Sequence record: PP919962.1
From: Klebsiella phage KP2025
DNA: 64,000 nt
Direction: 5' to 3' (one strand)
Translations under genes and position numbers: made by a program
Shown here: one piece after another, positions 9,910 to 19,764 of the stretch
Layout: every line of letters begins with the position of its first letter
How positions within the stretch are numbered: position 1 is the first letter of the stretch
The notes under the pieces: generated by a model
Told to the model about the DNA's origin: nothing
Seen by the model: only the letters and a program-made list of their open reading frames with translations
Database searches by the model: none

Positions 9910-10452
9910 TTATACCCTAACAGTCAATTCGGATAAAATGATCTCCATGCCCTCTTGTTGCCATACCAAATAACCGTTATTAGTTAAAGACATATCCAAT
10001 AAAAATTGGTGATTAATCCCACGAACTTTAACTTCCACAACATCATCATTAGGCACAGTGATAGCCTGACGATAGTTTACCGTATCTTTCCAGTTATCTT
10101 CCATGATAAAGACAACCTTCTCCGCCGTTGCTTCAATAGATACAAAGTCTTTGATAGTGTATGTTTCACCGCTCATGAACAGGATGGTTGCCTTGTTCAC
10201 ACTTGGTGCTTTACGCGACGGGCCTTTCTTACGCTTAGAACGTGCTGGATGAAATGGCTTGATTTCAATTTCTCCACTATCAAGCATATCTTGAGTAGCC
10301 CATTGTACTACATTAGTCTTCGTGCCTCTAAACACCCAATCACCATGATCGTCCGTATGATAGAATGTGAAAAGATTATTGTTATTCATTAAGGCAGATT
10401 CAGCAAAGCCCTCTCCGCTTAGATGATAGATATTACCTTCAATAAAGTTCAT
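9910..10452 (-). CDS. hypothetical protein (180 aa)
   Basis: ORF. Confidence 0.5.
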   Translation of the reverse strand: MNFIEGNIYHLSGEGFAESALMNNNNLFTFYHTDDHGDWVFRGTKTNVVQWATQDMLDSGEIEIKPFHPARSKRKKGPSRKAPSVNKATILFMSGETYTIKDFVSIEATAEKVVFIMEDNWKDTVNYRQAITVPNDDVVEVKVRGINHQFLLDMSLTNNGYLVWQQEGMEIILSELTVRV

Positions 10453-10522
10453 ATTTTCTCCTTGATTTATTTATTTCTCTTGACAAGGGACACTATGAAG
10501 CATCCCTAAGCAAAAGTCAACC

Positions 10523-10762
10523 TTACTGCGGAATGATTTCTTTAATTGCTGGCTCACGTCCTGCCAACTTACCGTTGAAGTCAATACAGAAGCTGTATTC
10601 AACACCGCTGGCATGTTCGAAAAGGAGTCTGTCATTCGGATCATAGACGTAGATACCCTCTTCGTCAACTAGGACAATCTCCAGTTGATCTTTATCTCCG
10701 TGTGCTGAAAAGTCCGTATCTACCATTACCGCGATATCACCTTTCTTTGCATTATCAAACAT
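10523..10762 (-). CDS. hypothetical protein (79 aa)
   Basis: strong RBS AAGGAGG before ATG. Confidence 0.5.
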   Translation of the reverse strand: MFDNAKKGDIAVMVDTDFSAHGDKDQLEIVLVDEEGIYVYDPNDRLLFEHASGVEYSFCIDFNGKLAGREPAIKEIIPQ

Positions 10763-10774
10763 GTTTCCTCCTTA

Positions 10775-11338
10775 TTAGCGACGACGACTAGAGCTATAAC
10801 TTTTACGGCTAGAAGAACTACTGTAGCTACGAGAAGAACTTAGTGGGCTAGAGTAGGATTTTTTAGTAGTATAACTACTGTTAGTATTCATAGTAGGACG
10901 TGAATACGTTTGGGTGCTCATTGAACGTGGTTGGCTTTGATACACCTGTTTATTTGTTGAATAAGAGCTACGGCTATTTGAGGAGTAGCTACTGCGTGGT
11001 TGAGCCACAGTGTTGTTATTGATGATCGTGGTACGGCTAGAATTATTGCTATAGCCACCGCCATTGTTACCACCACCAGACATCATGTGACCTAAAATCA
11101 TACCTGTTGCAAAGTCTCCAACACCGGAATCATGACTACCACTCTGCACGATAACAGGCGCAGGAGCAGACTGAATCACTTGTGGAGGTTGTTGGTTAAC
11201 ATACTGCTCGTCCACTTGTTGTTGCTGTGGAGCAGGGATGTATTGGGTTTGTGCTGGGACATCATCATCACATGCGCTCAGCATTGTAACACCCAGGCCG
11301 ATAATGATTGCACCGATCACCAGTTTAGTTTTGTTCAT
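10775..11338 (-). CDS. lipoprotein with Q-rich and S/Y-rich low-complexity regions
   Basis: lipobox LGVTMLSAC after signal peptide; long QQQ and SSRSYSS repeats. Confidence 0.55.
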   Translation of the reverse strand: MNKTKLVIGAIIIGLGVTMLSACDDDVPAQTQYIPAPQQQQVDEQYVNQQPPQVIQSAPAPVIVQSGSHDSGVGDFATGMILGHMMSGGGNNGGGYSNNSSRTTIINNNTVAQPRSSYSSNSRSSYSTNKQVYQSQPRSMSTQTYSRPTMNTNSSYTTKKSYSSPLSSSRSYSSSSSRKSYSSSRRR

Positions 11339-11531
11339 GTTTTGTTTCCTCGCTTAAAGTGTTAATACATTGATTGTTATCTAACGAGTAGCAAAAAACT
11401 GGCTTCTCGTCTTTACTGATGCTAATACTACCACCGCTTACCACTGCTGTCAATGCTACAACTAAAATAAATAAACCTACACCGAAACAAATACTTTCAA
11501 ACACAAACCACACTGCTTTCAGGATTTTCAC
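11325..11531 (-). CDS. small membrane protein (68 aa, GTG start)
   Basis: hydrophobic helix; RBS AAGGAG; start overlaps upstream stop as GTGA. Confidence 0.4.
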   Translation of the reverse strand: MKILKAVWFVFESICFGVGLFILVVALTAVVSGGSISISKDEKPVFCYSLDNNQCINTLSEETKHEQN

Positions 11532-11707
11532 TGCTGCACTCCTTCATTAATGCACTGACTATAGCGCAGATATAGATTATCATTACCTGCCTCAAAATTA
11601 CGAATTTGCTGCGTACACTCTTGGTAAGTGAGGTGTGGGACAGTTAAATGTTCCGTACCTCCATTTGAGTTGGTTGCAATGCTCCAAATCAGAATCAAAG
11701 TATACAT
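11528..11707 (-). CDS. small protein (59 aa) missed by ORF track
   Basis: AGGAGAGAAACATG RBS; MYTLILIWSIATN hydrophobic N-terminus. Confidence 0.4.
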   Translation of the reverse strand: MYTLILIWSIATNSNGGTEHLTVPHLTYQECTQQIRNFEAGNDNLYLRYSQCINEGVQQ

Positions 11708-11748
11708 GTTTCTCTCCTGTAGAAAGCCTCCCGAAGGAGGCTATTTCA

Positions 11749-12729
11749 TTAAGCTGTTGCTTCTTCTTTCTCAGGGAAGACCAGACTTGCCAGTACACCC
11801 AGCGCCAGAGTACCCAGTACGATATACAGACTTACGTTAGCTGAGATATCGTGTGGCATGAACGCCCACTTAGCATGTAACGCTTCGCCAAACGGGTGAT
11901 ACATCAATTTCGCACCTACAAATACCAGAACTACAGCTACTGCTTTCTCCAGGTGAACCAGATACTTAACCGCAACACTTAGTACGAAGAACAGAGCACG
12001 TAAACCCAGGATTGCGAAGAGCATCGCAGAGTAAACTAGCAGAGGTTCTTGTGTCACACCGATCACCGCAGGTACAGAGTCGAAGGAGAAAATCACATCA
12101 GTGAATTCTACTACGAACACACACAGCAGTGCTGGAGTTGCATATTTAATACCATTTTTAATCGTGATGAACTTCTCACCATCCAGAGCGGGATGAACTG
12201 GAAGAATCTTACCAACCAGACGAGTCGCCCAGTGTTTAGAGTAATCAACTTCATCTTCCTCATCATCACCGCCTTTGATAATAGCCAGTGCAGACCATGC
12301 TACAATCAGACCGAACAGCACTTGGAAAAACCAGTGTAAATTAAAGATTGCCGTACCTGCTGCCACAAAGATACCTCGAAATACAATGGCACCAGCAATA
12401 CCCCAAAGTAGAATCTTATGCTGTAAGTGTGTTGATTTAATACCGAAACTCGCAAAGATTGCCATGAATACCATCAGGTTATCCACCGACAACGACTTCT
12501 CTAAAACATACCCACTCAAGAACAGGGATGCAAATTCTTTACCGTACTCAATCCAGATGAATGCGTAGTAACCAAACGCTAGGGCAATCCAGAACACCGA
12601 CCAGAGCAATGCGCTCTTGATACCGATTTCTTTATTTTCCTTATGCCCGAAAAAATCAACTACAATTGACAGTGCCAGCACACCTACGAGCACAGCAATG
12701 TCCAACAGTGGGAATCCAAAATGGTGCAT
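11749..12729 (-). CDS. terC: TerC-family integral membrane protein
   Basis: Multiple TM helices; LSVDNLMVFMAIF and EFTDVIFSFDSVPAV signature motifs of the TerC family. Confidence 0.75.
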   Translation of the reverse strand: MHHFGFPLLDIAVLVGVLALSIVVDFFGHKENKEIGIKSALLWSVFWIALAFGYYAFIWIEYGKEFASLFLSGYVLEKSLSVDNLMVFMAIFASFGIKSTHLQHKILLWGIAGAIVFRGIFVAAGTAIFNLHWFFQVLFGLIVAWSALAIIKGGDDEEDEVDYSKHWATRLVGKILPVHPALDGEKFITIKNGIKYATPALLCVFVVEFTDVIFSFDSVPAVIGVTQEPLLVYSAMLFAILGLRALFFVLSVAVKYLVHLEKAVAVVLVFVGAKLMYHPFGEALHAKWAFMPHDISANVSLYIVLGTLALGVLASLVFPEKEEATA

Positions 12730-12775
12730 GTTTATCTCCTTTTTGAGGAGGGAGCCTATCTCCCTCTTGACACAT

Positions 12776-12803
12776 ATATTACGCTAATTTAATTTCTTGT
12801 CAA
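12776..12803 (-). promoter_or_regulatory. sigma70-like promoter for terC (TTGACA-16-TAATAT)
   Basis: read on minus strand; followed by leader hairpin GAGGGAG-N5-CTCCCTC (12748-12766) and RBS AAAGGAG. Confidence 0.45.
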
Positions 12804-12809
12804 CTACTT

Positions 12810-13076
12810 TTATTCCACAATTTTGAAGTTTACACCGATAGTACCTGCAACATCACACGCACAATCGCAGTCTGTATCATCAAGGAATAGTACCGCTTGG
12901 TCTTCATCGTTCGTCTGACCTGGATAACCAGCAAAGCGCTTAGGTACTACTTCACCTGGCTCCAGAATAATAGCGTCATATTCTTTGTTCACTGTGGTGT
13001 CAATAAATGACCAGTGATCTTTGTTCAGAACAACAATCTTAACATTTTTCATAATTTCTCCTTTGTTAGTGAGCAA
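12810..13076 (-). CDS. hypothetical protein (88 aa)
   Basis: ORF. Confidence 0.45.
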   Translation of the reverse strand: MLTNKGEIMKNVKIVVLNKDHWSFIDTTVNKEYDAIILEPGEVVPKRFAGYPGQTNDEDQAVLFLDDTDCDCACDVAGTIGVNFKIVE

Positions 13077-13176
13077 CTCATTTCGTCTTGATGTAATGAA
13101 GTTTACGCTCTTCTCAGATTAAGTCAACAATTATTTTCAAAATAATTAAGCCTCCCGTAGGAGGCTCATGTTCCAA

Positions 13177-13389
13177 TCATTTTCTTGCAAATATGCCGCG
13201 CAACGTTGCTAGTATGAGTGTGACACACACCACACTCCAAAACGTTACAGGGACTTCCCAACTAACATGCCCCATCAGCGAGACAATATAGTTATAGGCC
13301 AACATCACTAGCCACGTTGGTATCAGGCAGATTAAGAACGCTACCACCACCATAGCTAAGAACATTACAACTCCAGCAATAATTTCCAT
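13177..13389 (-). CDS. small membrane protein (70 aa, two TM helices)
   Basis: hydrophobic profile. Confidence 0.45.
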   Translation of the reverse strand: MEIIAGVVMFLAMVVVAFLICLIPTWLVMLAYNYIVSLMGHVSWEVPVTFWSVVCVTLILATLRGIFARK

Positions 13390-13397
13390 AATTTCTC

Positions 13398-13859
13398 CTA
13401 ATTTAATTTAAAAATAGTAACTTCCAGACCTTTGGCGACGAGTGTCTCCTGAATCATAGCTTCAACTACAGACCACTTTCCGCCAGCTAATCCACAACCA
13501 ATGAGAGGGAGTCCTACCGTCTTCCCGCCACATGCAATTACGTCATCACCCATTGCGTCCAATGCATCAAAGATAGCGTCATAGTCTAAGTCACGAATAC
13601 CTGAATCACGTTTACTGTAGCCGTACTGTCCGTACAGATTGTAGACGGTTAGTTCACCATCCTCTACAATAGCTTTCGTGAAGGTTCCCAGTTTCGTGCT
13701 ATCACCTTTACGTGTTGCACAATCAGCAGCATACACTTCGGGCCATTCTTTTTTAATCTTAGGGGCTATGCCCTTGCCCATCGTGCAAAAACAATTGCAG
13801 CAGTGCCCAATAGCATCTACTTCAGCTTGAAGCAGATCTCCGATTTTATACTTTATCAT
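13398..13859 (-). CDS. macro-domain (ADP-ribose binding/processing) protein
   Basis: GDLLQAEVDAIGHCCN...GKGIA and CGGKTVGLPLIGCGLAGG resemble macro-domain ADP-ribose pocket motifs. Confidence 0.55.
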   Translation of the reverse strand: MIKYKIGDLLQAEVDAIGHCCNCFCTMGKGIAPKIKKEWPEVYAADCATRKGDSTKLGTFTKAIVEDGELTVYNLYGQYGYSKRDSGIRDLDYDAIFDALDAMGDDVIACGGKTVGLPLIGCGLAGGKWSVVEAMIQETLVAKGLEVTIFKLN

Positions 13860-13868
13860 TCTTTCTCC

Positions 13869-14726
13869 TTACTTATTCAGAACATTACCTTCGAAGAAAT
13901 GATGAAGAAACGCAAAGTTCTCCTCATACTTCGTAATTTTATTATATCCTTCTGCCAAGCAACCAAAATACAACGCCTCAACGTAAGATAGTGGAAGTTG
14001 GCTCAGTGCTACCTTAAAGGTCACTTCTGGTTGGCTCATTAGGTATTTGATTGGACGAACCAAACACTGGGCATCAGGCTCATCTTTAATCATCTGCACG
14101 AAAGCGGAAATAGTGTTAATGTCACTGAAATTCAGTGCCGCTTCTGTGTTGGCCTCAGTCCCATTGTACTTGGCGAAGTAGAGGAAGAATGTGTCATTAG
14201 TTATATTCTCTGCATCTAAGATCTCAATGAGCTTGTCTTCGTGTGTTCCGGTAATATTTACATCATCGATGAAGATCAGGTTTTTGTTTCCCCAGAAATC
14301 TTTGTTGATCGAGAAAGTATCACCGTCAATCAGAGCTTTGCGGTCTTCCTTACTGAGGAAGCCATAATCATTGATATAACTCACCTTACGATGAATGATA
14401 TCCCACTCTACAGCCTTGCCATGATTACTGTTCACAGCTACCAAATGGTTAAGATGGTCTACAAAATGCTCTGAGAGCAACGTAGCGGCGTTTTTAACGT
14501 AGTTATAGGGCGAAGGTATCACCACAAACTGACTATGTACCAAACGGCTCCAGTGGGCCTCAAAGAAGCTTTCTGCAAGAATGCGCCCCATACGCTTAGC
14601 TGCTTGATTGCTACCAAACTTCAGCCGGGAATAATCCGCTGTATTGAAACCGGCATTTTCTAAGGTAGAAAAAGTATGGGCAAAGTGTTGAGTTTGATTA
14701 CGCATTAATGATTTCTCCTTTTTCAA
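13869..14726 (-). CDS. phosphoribosyltransferase (PRTase) family protein
   Basis: PRPP-binding motif LIFIDDVNITGTHEDKL (hhhhDD-x2-TG-x-T). Confidence 0.6.
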   Translation of the reverse strand: MKKEKSLMRNQTQHFAHTFSTLENAGFNTADYSRLKFGSNQAAKRMGRILAESFFEAHWSRLVHSQFVVIPSPYNYVKNAATLLSEHFVDHLNHLVAVNSNHGKAVEWDIIHRKVSYINDYGFLSKEDRKALIDGDTFSINKDFWGNKNLIFIDDVNITGTHEDKLIEILDAENITNDTFFLYFAKYNGTEANTEAALNFSDINTISAFVQMIKDEPDAQCLVRPIKYLMSQPEVTFKVALSQLPLSYVEALYFGCLAEGYNKITKYEENFAFLHHFFEGNVLNK

Positions 14727-15378
14727 GTTTCTCTAGTAGGTCTTGTGGGTTTTTAACATGACAAAACTTAAAACCTAAATCAACACATTTCCCATCATAA
14801 ATTTCACTATCTCCAATATGCAAAATTTCATAGTTCGCTAGGCTAGATAGCTTACTAGAAAGCAGAGTTTTAGCAAAGAATAAAATGTCAGGCTTACAAA
14901 GCAGATGTTCGTCCGAAAAATGCATAAAACTCCACCAAGGCATTCTATCAAAGCCTACAGCTTGAGACAAGATTCTACCTGAGATAAAGTTAGTATTGCT
15001 TTTGATACTCAATTCATACTTGTCATCGAGGCTTATTAATTGATCAACTAAATCTTCATTTAAACGTGGTGAGAATGCAAGAAAAGCTTCTTCACATTCG
15101 CGTTGCATTTGAGTAATTGCTTTTGGTTCCATGTTTAAATTTTTACCTAAAACATGCCAAGCAGTCGAGGTAAAACTACAAATACCTTTTTCTGCGTTTT
15201 GGTCTAAATATTTCTTTACCTTCCTATACATTGTACCTGCTTCACGATCAGTTACATTTGCATATTTTGCAATTATTTTAGTACGAATTTCACTATACCA
15301 AGGATTTGCAGTAATCAAAGTATTCCATACGTCAAAAGAGATGTGTTTGATTATCATATTAAGCCCACCATGCGTCAA
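14698..15378 (-). CDS. HAD-superfamily phosphatase-like protein
   Basis: ISFDVWNTLI (motif I-like) and HIGDSEIYD (motif IV GDxxxD); motif I is non-canonical. Confidence 0.5.
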   Translation of the reverse strand: MTHGGLNMIIKHISFDVWNTLITANPWYSEIRTKIIAKYANVTDREAGTMYRKVKKYLDQNAEKGICSFTSTAWHVLGKNLNMEPKAITQMQRECEEAFLAFSPRLNEDLVDQLISLDDKYELSIKSNTNFISGRILSQAVGFDRMPWWSFMHFSDEHLLCKPDILFFAKTLLSSKLSSLANYEILHIGDSEIYDGKCVDLGFKFCHVKNPQDLLEKLEKGEIINA

Positions 15379-15964
15379 GGTTTAAGTTACTGTCCACTAT
15401 CACTTGTTCTACGTGATAGCTTTTCATTTCAATTCCACTTTCCAGAAGCATACCATACGCCTCATTAAAACGCAACTTATCTTCTGCGGAATATAGACGC
15501 GCATTATAGAAGCGATAATCCACCTCTTCAGCATTGGAAGAGACACGGAAGAAGCCAGTGTCAATCTCCGGCGCACTTGCAGGAGTCTTGATATGAACTT
15601 CACCATAATGCTCTTTACTCAAATCCATAAACATTACACACGCAATGTGTCGGAACATCTGTTCCAGTTTATAGCGTACAACTTTGAATCCAGCGGCTTG
15701 CAGTTTTGCTACACAATCCAACATAAGATCTGTTTCGATACCTGCCTGGTACTTAGTTAGCATACGGTCACGCTGTGATTGTGTATCACGGTGCAGATCA
15801 ATTGTAGTACATTTTGCACCAATCAGTTTTGCTGCATCCATGAGTTGCTCACTACTTACGTCTGCTAATGTAAGATGAAAATGTGCTTTCCATACTTTAT
15901 CCACAGGAACACCGAGAGGTTCATCGTTAGTTTGTGGTAGGTTTGCGATCAGCCTATGTTGCAT
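15359..15964 (-). CDS. hypothetical protein (201 aa)
   Basis: ORF. Confidence 0.5.
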   Translation of the reverse strand: MQHRLIANLPQTNDEPLGVPVDKVWKAHFHLTLADVSSEQLMDAAKLIGAKCTTIDLHRDTQSQRDRMLTKYQAGIETDLMLDCVAKLQAAGFKVVRYKLEQMFRHIACVMFMDLSKEHYGEVHIKTPASAPEIDTGFFRVSSNAEEVDYRFYNARLYSAEDKLRFNEAYGMLLESGIEMKSYHVEQVIVDSNLNLDAWWA

Positions 15965-15974
15965 TGTTTTCTCC

Positions 15975-16184
15975 TTAAAAAGGTGAGCGTTCTAATTCGT
16001 CTGGTTCAATACCAATAATATTAGCGATATCTCTATCAGAAAGCAACTCCTTTCTTTGCAGAATTTCTACCAGCGTACCAAGCATTTCACGAGTATCTCG
16101 ATCACTGCTCTCTACCAAACCTTTTGCACTATCAATCTGGTCTTTATAAAAATAAAATTGAATCATAAATCCTCCAAACAACAA
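15975..16184 (-). CDS. hypothetical protein (69 aa)
   Basis: ORF. Confidence 0.4.
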   Translation of the reverse strand: MLFGGFMIQFYFYKDQIDSAKGLVESSDRDTREMLGTLVEILQRKELLSDRDIANIIGIEPDELERSPF

Positions 16185-16200
16185 AGGGGCTTTCGCCCCT
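16185..16200 (-). terminator. GGGGCGAAAGCCCC hairpin copy 3, followed by TTTGTTGTTTGG on minus strand
   Basis: between AAA+ ATPase gene end and next gene; TTGACA immediately upstream. Confidence 0.45.
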
Positions 16201-16216
16201 TGTCAATTACTTCAGC

Positions 16217-17377
16217 TTAGTAGCTACGACCCTGAAAAGCGTAGTCAGTGTAGCTTTTCTGCTCTTTTGTTTTGATAACCAGTTCGATGACATTCTCACC
16301 TTCTTTGAACATGAAGTGGAAGCCATCTACGCCCATACTCTTAACATTTTGCTCGTTGTAAGAGATGGTGAACAGGTCAGAATCCCAGTGCCAATCTTCT
16401 GTCTCGTCATCGTAGATATCGAGAGTAATGTTTTCCATTTCCGGCAGACGCGCCTTACCTTTGTGGTGTTTAACACGGAAGTCAAACGTGCGGCCAGCGA
16501 ACAGACGCTGCGGAGCCAGCTCGTAAAGTTCGTACTCGTCCGTAATGTCATCCTTACGCTCAACACCGTTCACCTTGAAGGTTACAATTTCCTTCGCAGA
16601 ACGAGTACCGCCATCATTGATGGTAATACCCATCAGGTTCAATGCATCGGTAAACTTATCGTCAGGATAACGATTCAGTTCTTCAACCAGGGACTGAACA
16701 ACGTCGAAGTTCAGATCAGAGGACAGGTTGTACAGGGTTTCAAAGTCACCCACGAACGCTTTGTTTTCCAAGTTTTTAGCTAAGTAATCATCCAGCGTGG
16801 ACTTAGGCAGTTTCTTATAGCTAAAGCTATAGAAGATACGGCTTGGTCGGTTACGCAGAAATTCAGACACATAACCATCGTTCTTAGTCAGAACGAACAG
16901 TTTGTTATAGCCACCTACACCATCCAACAGAGTAAGCAGACCGTCCTGATGCTCTTTCTCGGCGTACAGCTTATCAAATTCATCAACCATCACCATAACT
17001 GGTTGCTTGATCTTAGACATGAAGTTGATAAAATCTTCACCGTTGAACGGGCTACCGATGGAGATGGTAGGGATACCGATCTTACGCAGCGCTACAGAGA
17101 GCATTTTTGCTTGCAGAGTTTTACCGCTGCCTTTAGTACCTTCAAGAAGGATACCAGTGTTCTTACCTTGACGGCTCAGGAACGTTTTGATAATACGATC
17201 AGATTTATCGTCGGTATCACCGTAGGTTACACTTGGTACTTCCATATCGTTTTTAGGGTAAAGGAACCACTCGCCATGCTGAGTAACACCAATACCATAA
17301 GTACCCGCTGGAATTACATCGATATCAATACCAGACTTCTGACGCAGGAAGATTTGACTACCAAATTGTGTGAACAT
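16217..17377 (-). CDS. AAA+ ATPase (paralog 1)
   Basis: Walker A GILLEGTKGSGKT, Walker B VMVMVDEFDKL; start set at ATG 17377 with AAGGAGAAATACATG RBS; full-length paralog of 35348..36472. Confidence 0.7.
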   Translation of the reverse strand: MFTQFGSQIFLRQKSGIDIDVIPAGTYGIGVTQHGEWFLYPKNDMEVPSVTYGDTDDKSDRIIKTFLSRQGKNTGILLEGTKGSGKTLQAKMLSVALRKIGIPTISIGSPFNGEDFINFMSKIKQPVMVMVDEFDKLYAEKEHQDGLLTLLDGVGGYNKLFVLTKNDGYVSEFLRNRPSRIFYSFSYKKLPKSTLDDYLAKNLENKAFVGDFETLYNLSSDLNFDVVQSLVEELNRYPDDKFTDALNLMGITINDGGTRSAKEIVTFKVNGVERKDDITDEYELYELAPQRLFAGRTFDFRVKHHKGKARLPEMENITLDIYDDETEDWHWDSDLFTISYNEQNVKSMGVDGFHFMFKEGENVIELVIKTKEQKSYTDYAFQGRSY

Positions 17378-17444
17378 GTATTTCTCCTTCTTTCTCTTTA
17401 AAGTGTAGGAGAAGTATATCAACCTCTCCTATGAAAATCAACCC

Positions 17445-18410
17445 TTATTTTTTAAAAACTCGCCCAAGCTGTTTACCGCTATTGATCACCGTACCATCTT
17501 CGGCCTGGAAGTCCCAAGTACCGTCAATGTTGCGGAAGAAGTTAGAACGATTACCCACTTCGTGGATCACTACCGCCATCACCAGATCGGAGTTGATTTC
17601 CGACTCAATGCTCTCTTTGATGCCTTCTGTGATATCCCGCTCATATTGGATATACACCTTATCATCAATGATCTGCACACTACGAACATTCTTGAACGTA
17701 TAAACCTGCTGTGTGGTGTACAGCACCCGTACAATTGTCTTAGCAACAGTAGGTTTTTGACGATTACGTTTACGATAACGTGGGCGCGGGTTTTTTGCAG
17801 TAGCCTGCTCTGTAACACCATAGTGTTCTTTAAGCAATTTTAAAAATTCTTCATAGCTTACTAACACTTGATTTCCAGTAATACCCCTCATATAGCCATC
17901 AATACCACACTCATCCGAGAAATAGGTAACATGTTTATCTTCGTAATTCTCCACATAACGCATGAAACGACTTCCGTCACTCCAGAAAGTTTTACCTTGC
18001 TCACGACAAATTTCCACTAGGAGTTGGATTTCATTCGAGCCTACCGATTTTGTGAGGAAAGCTGCTTCATGAATTGTTGGTTTTACTTTTGGTTTTATTT
18101 TGTCCATAATAACGTCAAACATCTCCTGTCCTGTAATAGTTTTTGTTTGCATATCCCATTTCTGAATAGTTCCTAAGTCAGCACCATCCATAATACCTTT
18201 ACTATCAAAGAAGATATGAGAAAATGGAGGCTCTCGCCCATTGTCGTTTGTAATGAACATAGAACGAACATCTGCTACGCTGTACAAGTCCTCATCATCA
18301 CCAGAAAAAACTTTAGCCAAAGCTTCGAAAAAACGCTCTTCTTTATTTACACTGCGGGCATATGCCAGCACATCAATCTTCGAGGCATTAATACTTACTG
18401 GAATGGTCAT
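17445..18410 (-). CDS. hypothetical protein (321 aa)
   Basis: RBS AAAAGGAG before ATG. Confidence 0.55.
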   Translation of the reverse strand: MTIPVSINASKIDVLAYARSVNKEERFFEALAKVFSGDDEDLYSVADVRSMFITNDNGREPPFSHIFFDSKGIMDGADLGTIQKWDMQTKTITGQEMFDVIMDKIKPKVKPTIHEAAFLTKSVGSNEIQLLVEICREQGKTFWSDGSRFMRYVENYEDKHVTYFSDECGIDGYMRGITGNQVLVSYEEFLKLLKEHYGVTEQATAKNPRPRYRKRNRQKPTVAKTIVRVLYTTQQVYTFKNVRSVQIIDDKVYIQYERDITEGIKESIESEINSDLVMAVVIHEVGNRSNFFRNIDGTWDFQAEDGTVINSGKQLGRVFKK

Positions 18411-18684
18411 TATGTTCTCCTTTTAGTGTTTTCATGGCTTCTTCGTACCAAACATCAAAGTCAACTACTTCTCTGCCGCCTGGTTTCAAACCATTACCAT
18501 TTAAATCAAATTTATCCCCATCCATTTCAAGCCAACTATAACCACCACCCAATCCGGCAAAGAACATGTAGTCTTCAGCATCCTCCCAGAAAGTTGAACC
18601 CCGCAGATGCAATTCGTCAATAACTTCCTGAATTTTATCTTCTTCTATGTCCTTGTCGGAAAAACAGATTTTAAAAATATTCAT
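18388..18684 (-). CDS. hypothetical protein (98 aa)
   Basis: ORF. Confidence 0.45.
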   Translation of the reverse strand: MNIFKICFSDKDIEEDKIQEVIDELHLRGSTFWEDAEDYMFFAGLGGGYSWLEMDGDKFDLNGNGLKPGGREVVDFDVWYEEAMKTLKGEHNDHSSKY

Positions 18685-19115
18685 CCTAAGATCTCCTTAG
18701 CAATACTAGATGCCAGTTTACCATCATACTGATTAGGGAAGACAGTACGTAAGTGTTTCATCATATCTGGCATCTTACGCCCCTGCGCACGCATTGCTTC
18801 GGCAATTTCACGCAATGTTTCTTCGTCTAGCATTTCCGGTAGGTAATTTTCCAGTACGATAATATCGCGCTCTGCACGTTCGATACGAACTTGCGGTGCC
18901 GACACAGCTTTCAGGGATTCAAGTTCTTCTTTTGCATGAGCGATCCCTAGTTTAACGATACCAATCATAATGTCGTCTTCAGATTTACCCAGATTTGCTT
19001 TCTGAGTACGAGCGAGATCAAACTCACCGATAATGTTAGTTAACAAGGCAAATGCACCTTTATCCGTGGTGCGTGCCAGAATACGATCTGCTTTCATTTG
19101 AGTTACAATACTCAT
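18681..19115 (-). CDS. GatB/YqeY-domain protein
   Basis: Alignment-quality match over the length to the YqeY fold (TDKGAFALLTNIIGEF...IERAERDIIVLENYLP...). Confidence 0.65.
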   Translation of the reverse strand: MSIVTQMKADRILARTTDKGAFALLTNIIGEFDLARTQKANLGKSEDDIMIGIVKLGIAHAKEELESLKAVSAPQVRIERAERDIIVLENYLPEMLDEETLREIAEAMRAQGRKMPDMMKHLRTVFPNQYDGKLASSIAKEILG

Positions 19116-19417
19116 TCTTTCTCTCCTTCTAATTCAGCCTTTTGTGCTCGGATGCGTTCCAGGTAGGTGTCGAGGTGTTCTCCTTCATACTGCACATCAC
19201 CTTTACACATCATCATGCTCTTTTCAATGTTCTGTGCGAGTAGATGTGCTGCTAAGTTCGGGGCATCTTTCAAGATACAGCCTTTATCATACCAGACTTT
19301 ACCAATCTTGCAACCTTTATTTTCGTCAATTTTGCTCACTTCGCCCTTATGCCAGAACCAAGGGCTAACTTTACCCATAAAGAAAACAACCTCACATACC
19401 TCGAATGTATGTTCCAT
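19112..19417 (-). CDS. hypothetical protein (101 aa)
   Basis: ORF. Confidence 0.45.
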   Translation of the reverse strand: MEHTFEVCEVVFFMGKVSPWFWHKGEVSKIDENKGCKIGKVWYDKGCILKDAPNLAAHLLAQNIEKSMMMCKGDVQYEGEHLDTYLERIRAQKAELEGEKE

Positions 19418-19764
19418 TATTTGTCACCATAATGGTAGAAGTTAATGATTAGGTTCGTAGGATTATCATAGATACAAGTACCCTTTGGTACAGAGGCTAC
19501 AATCCAATCCCGAATCATTTTCCAGTCAACTAACTGGCTGGTCGCTTCAACGTGCAGAACTTTAGCTCCACCTATTTCATGAATCAGTGGTGCGATACAG
19601 ATAGGGCGACTGTCAATTTCTCCGAGAGTGATCAGTGAGCCACTCATGTCTTGCACATACTTATATCCAGCAGCAGTTAGCTCTCGGTAAATACCAATTG
19701 ACTCATAGCCAGAGTTAATTAACACTACAACATCCACAGATTGGAAATCTTTTTCATGAGACAT
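19417..19764 (-). CDS. hypothetical protein (115 aa)
   Basis: ORF. Confidence 0.45.
   Translation of the reverse strand: MSHEKDFQSVDVVVLINSGYESIGIYRELTAAGYKYVQDMSGSLITLGEIDSRPICIAPLIHEIGGAKVLHVEATSQLVDWKMIRDWIVASVPKGTCIYDNPTNLIINFYHYGDK

Noticed and set aside
11598-11798. 66-aa minus-strand ORF overlapping the terC 3' end
   Set aside because: It is in the wrong frame relative to a better small gene (11528..11707) that has a strong AGGAGA RBS and GTGA coupling to the next gene.
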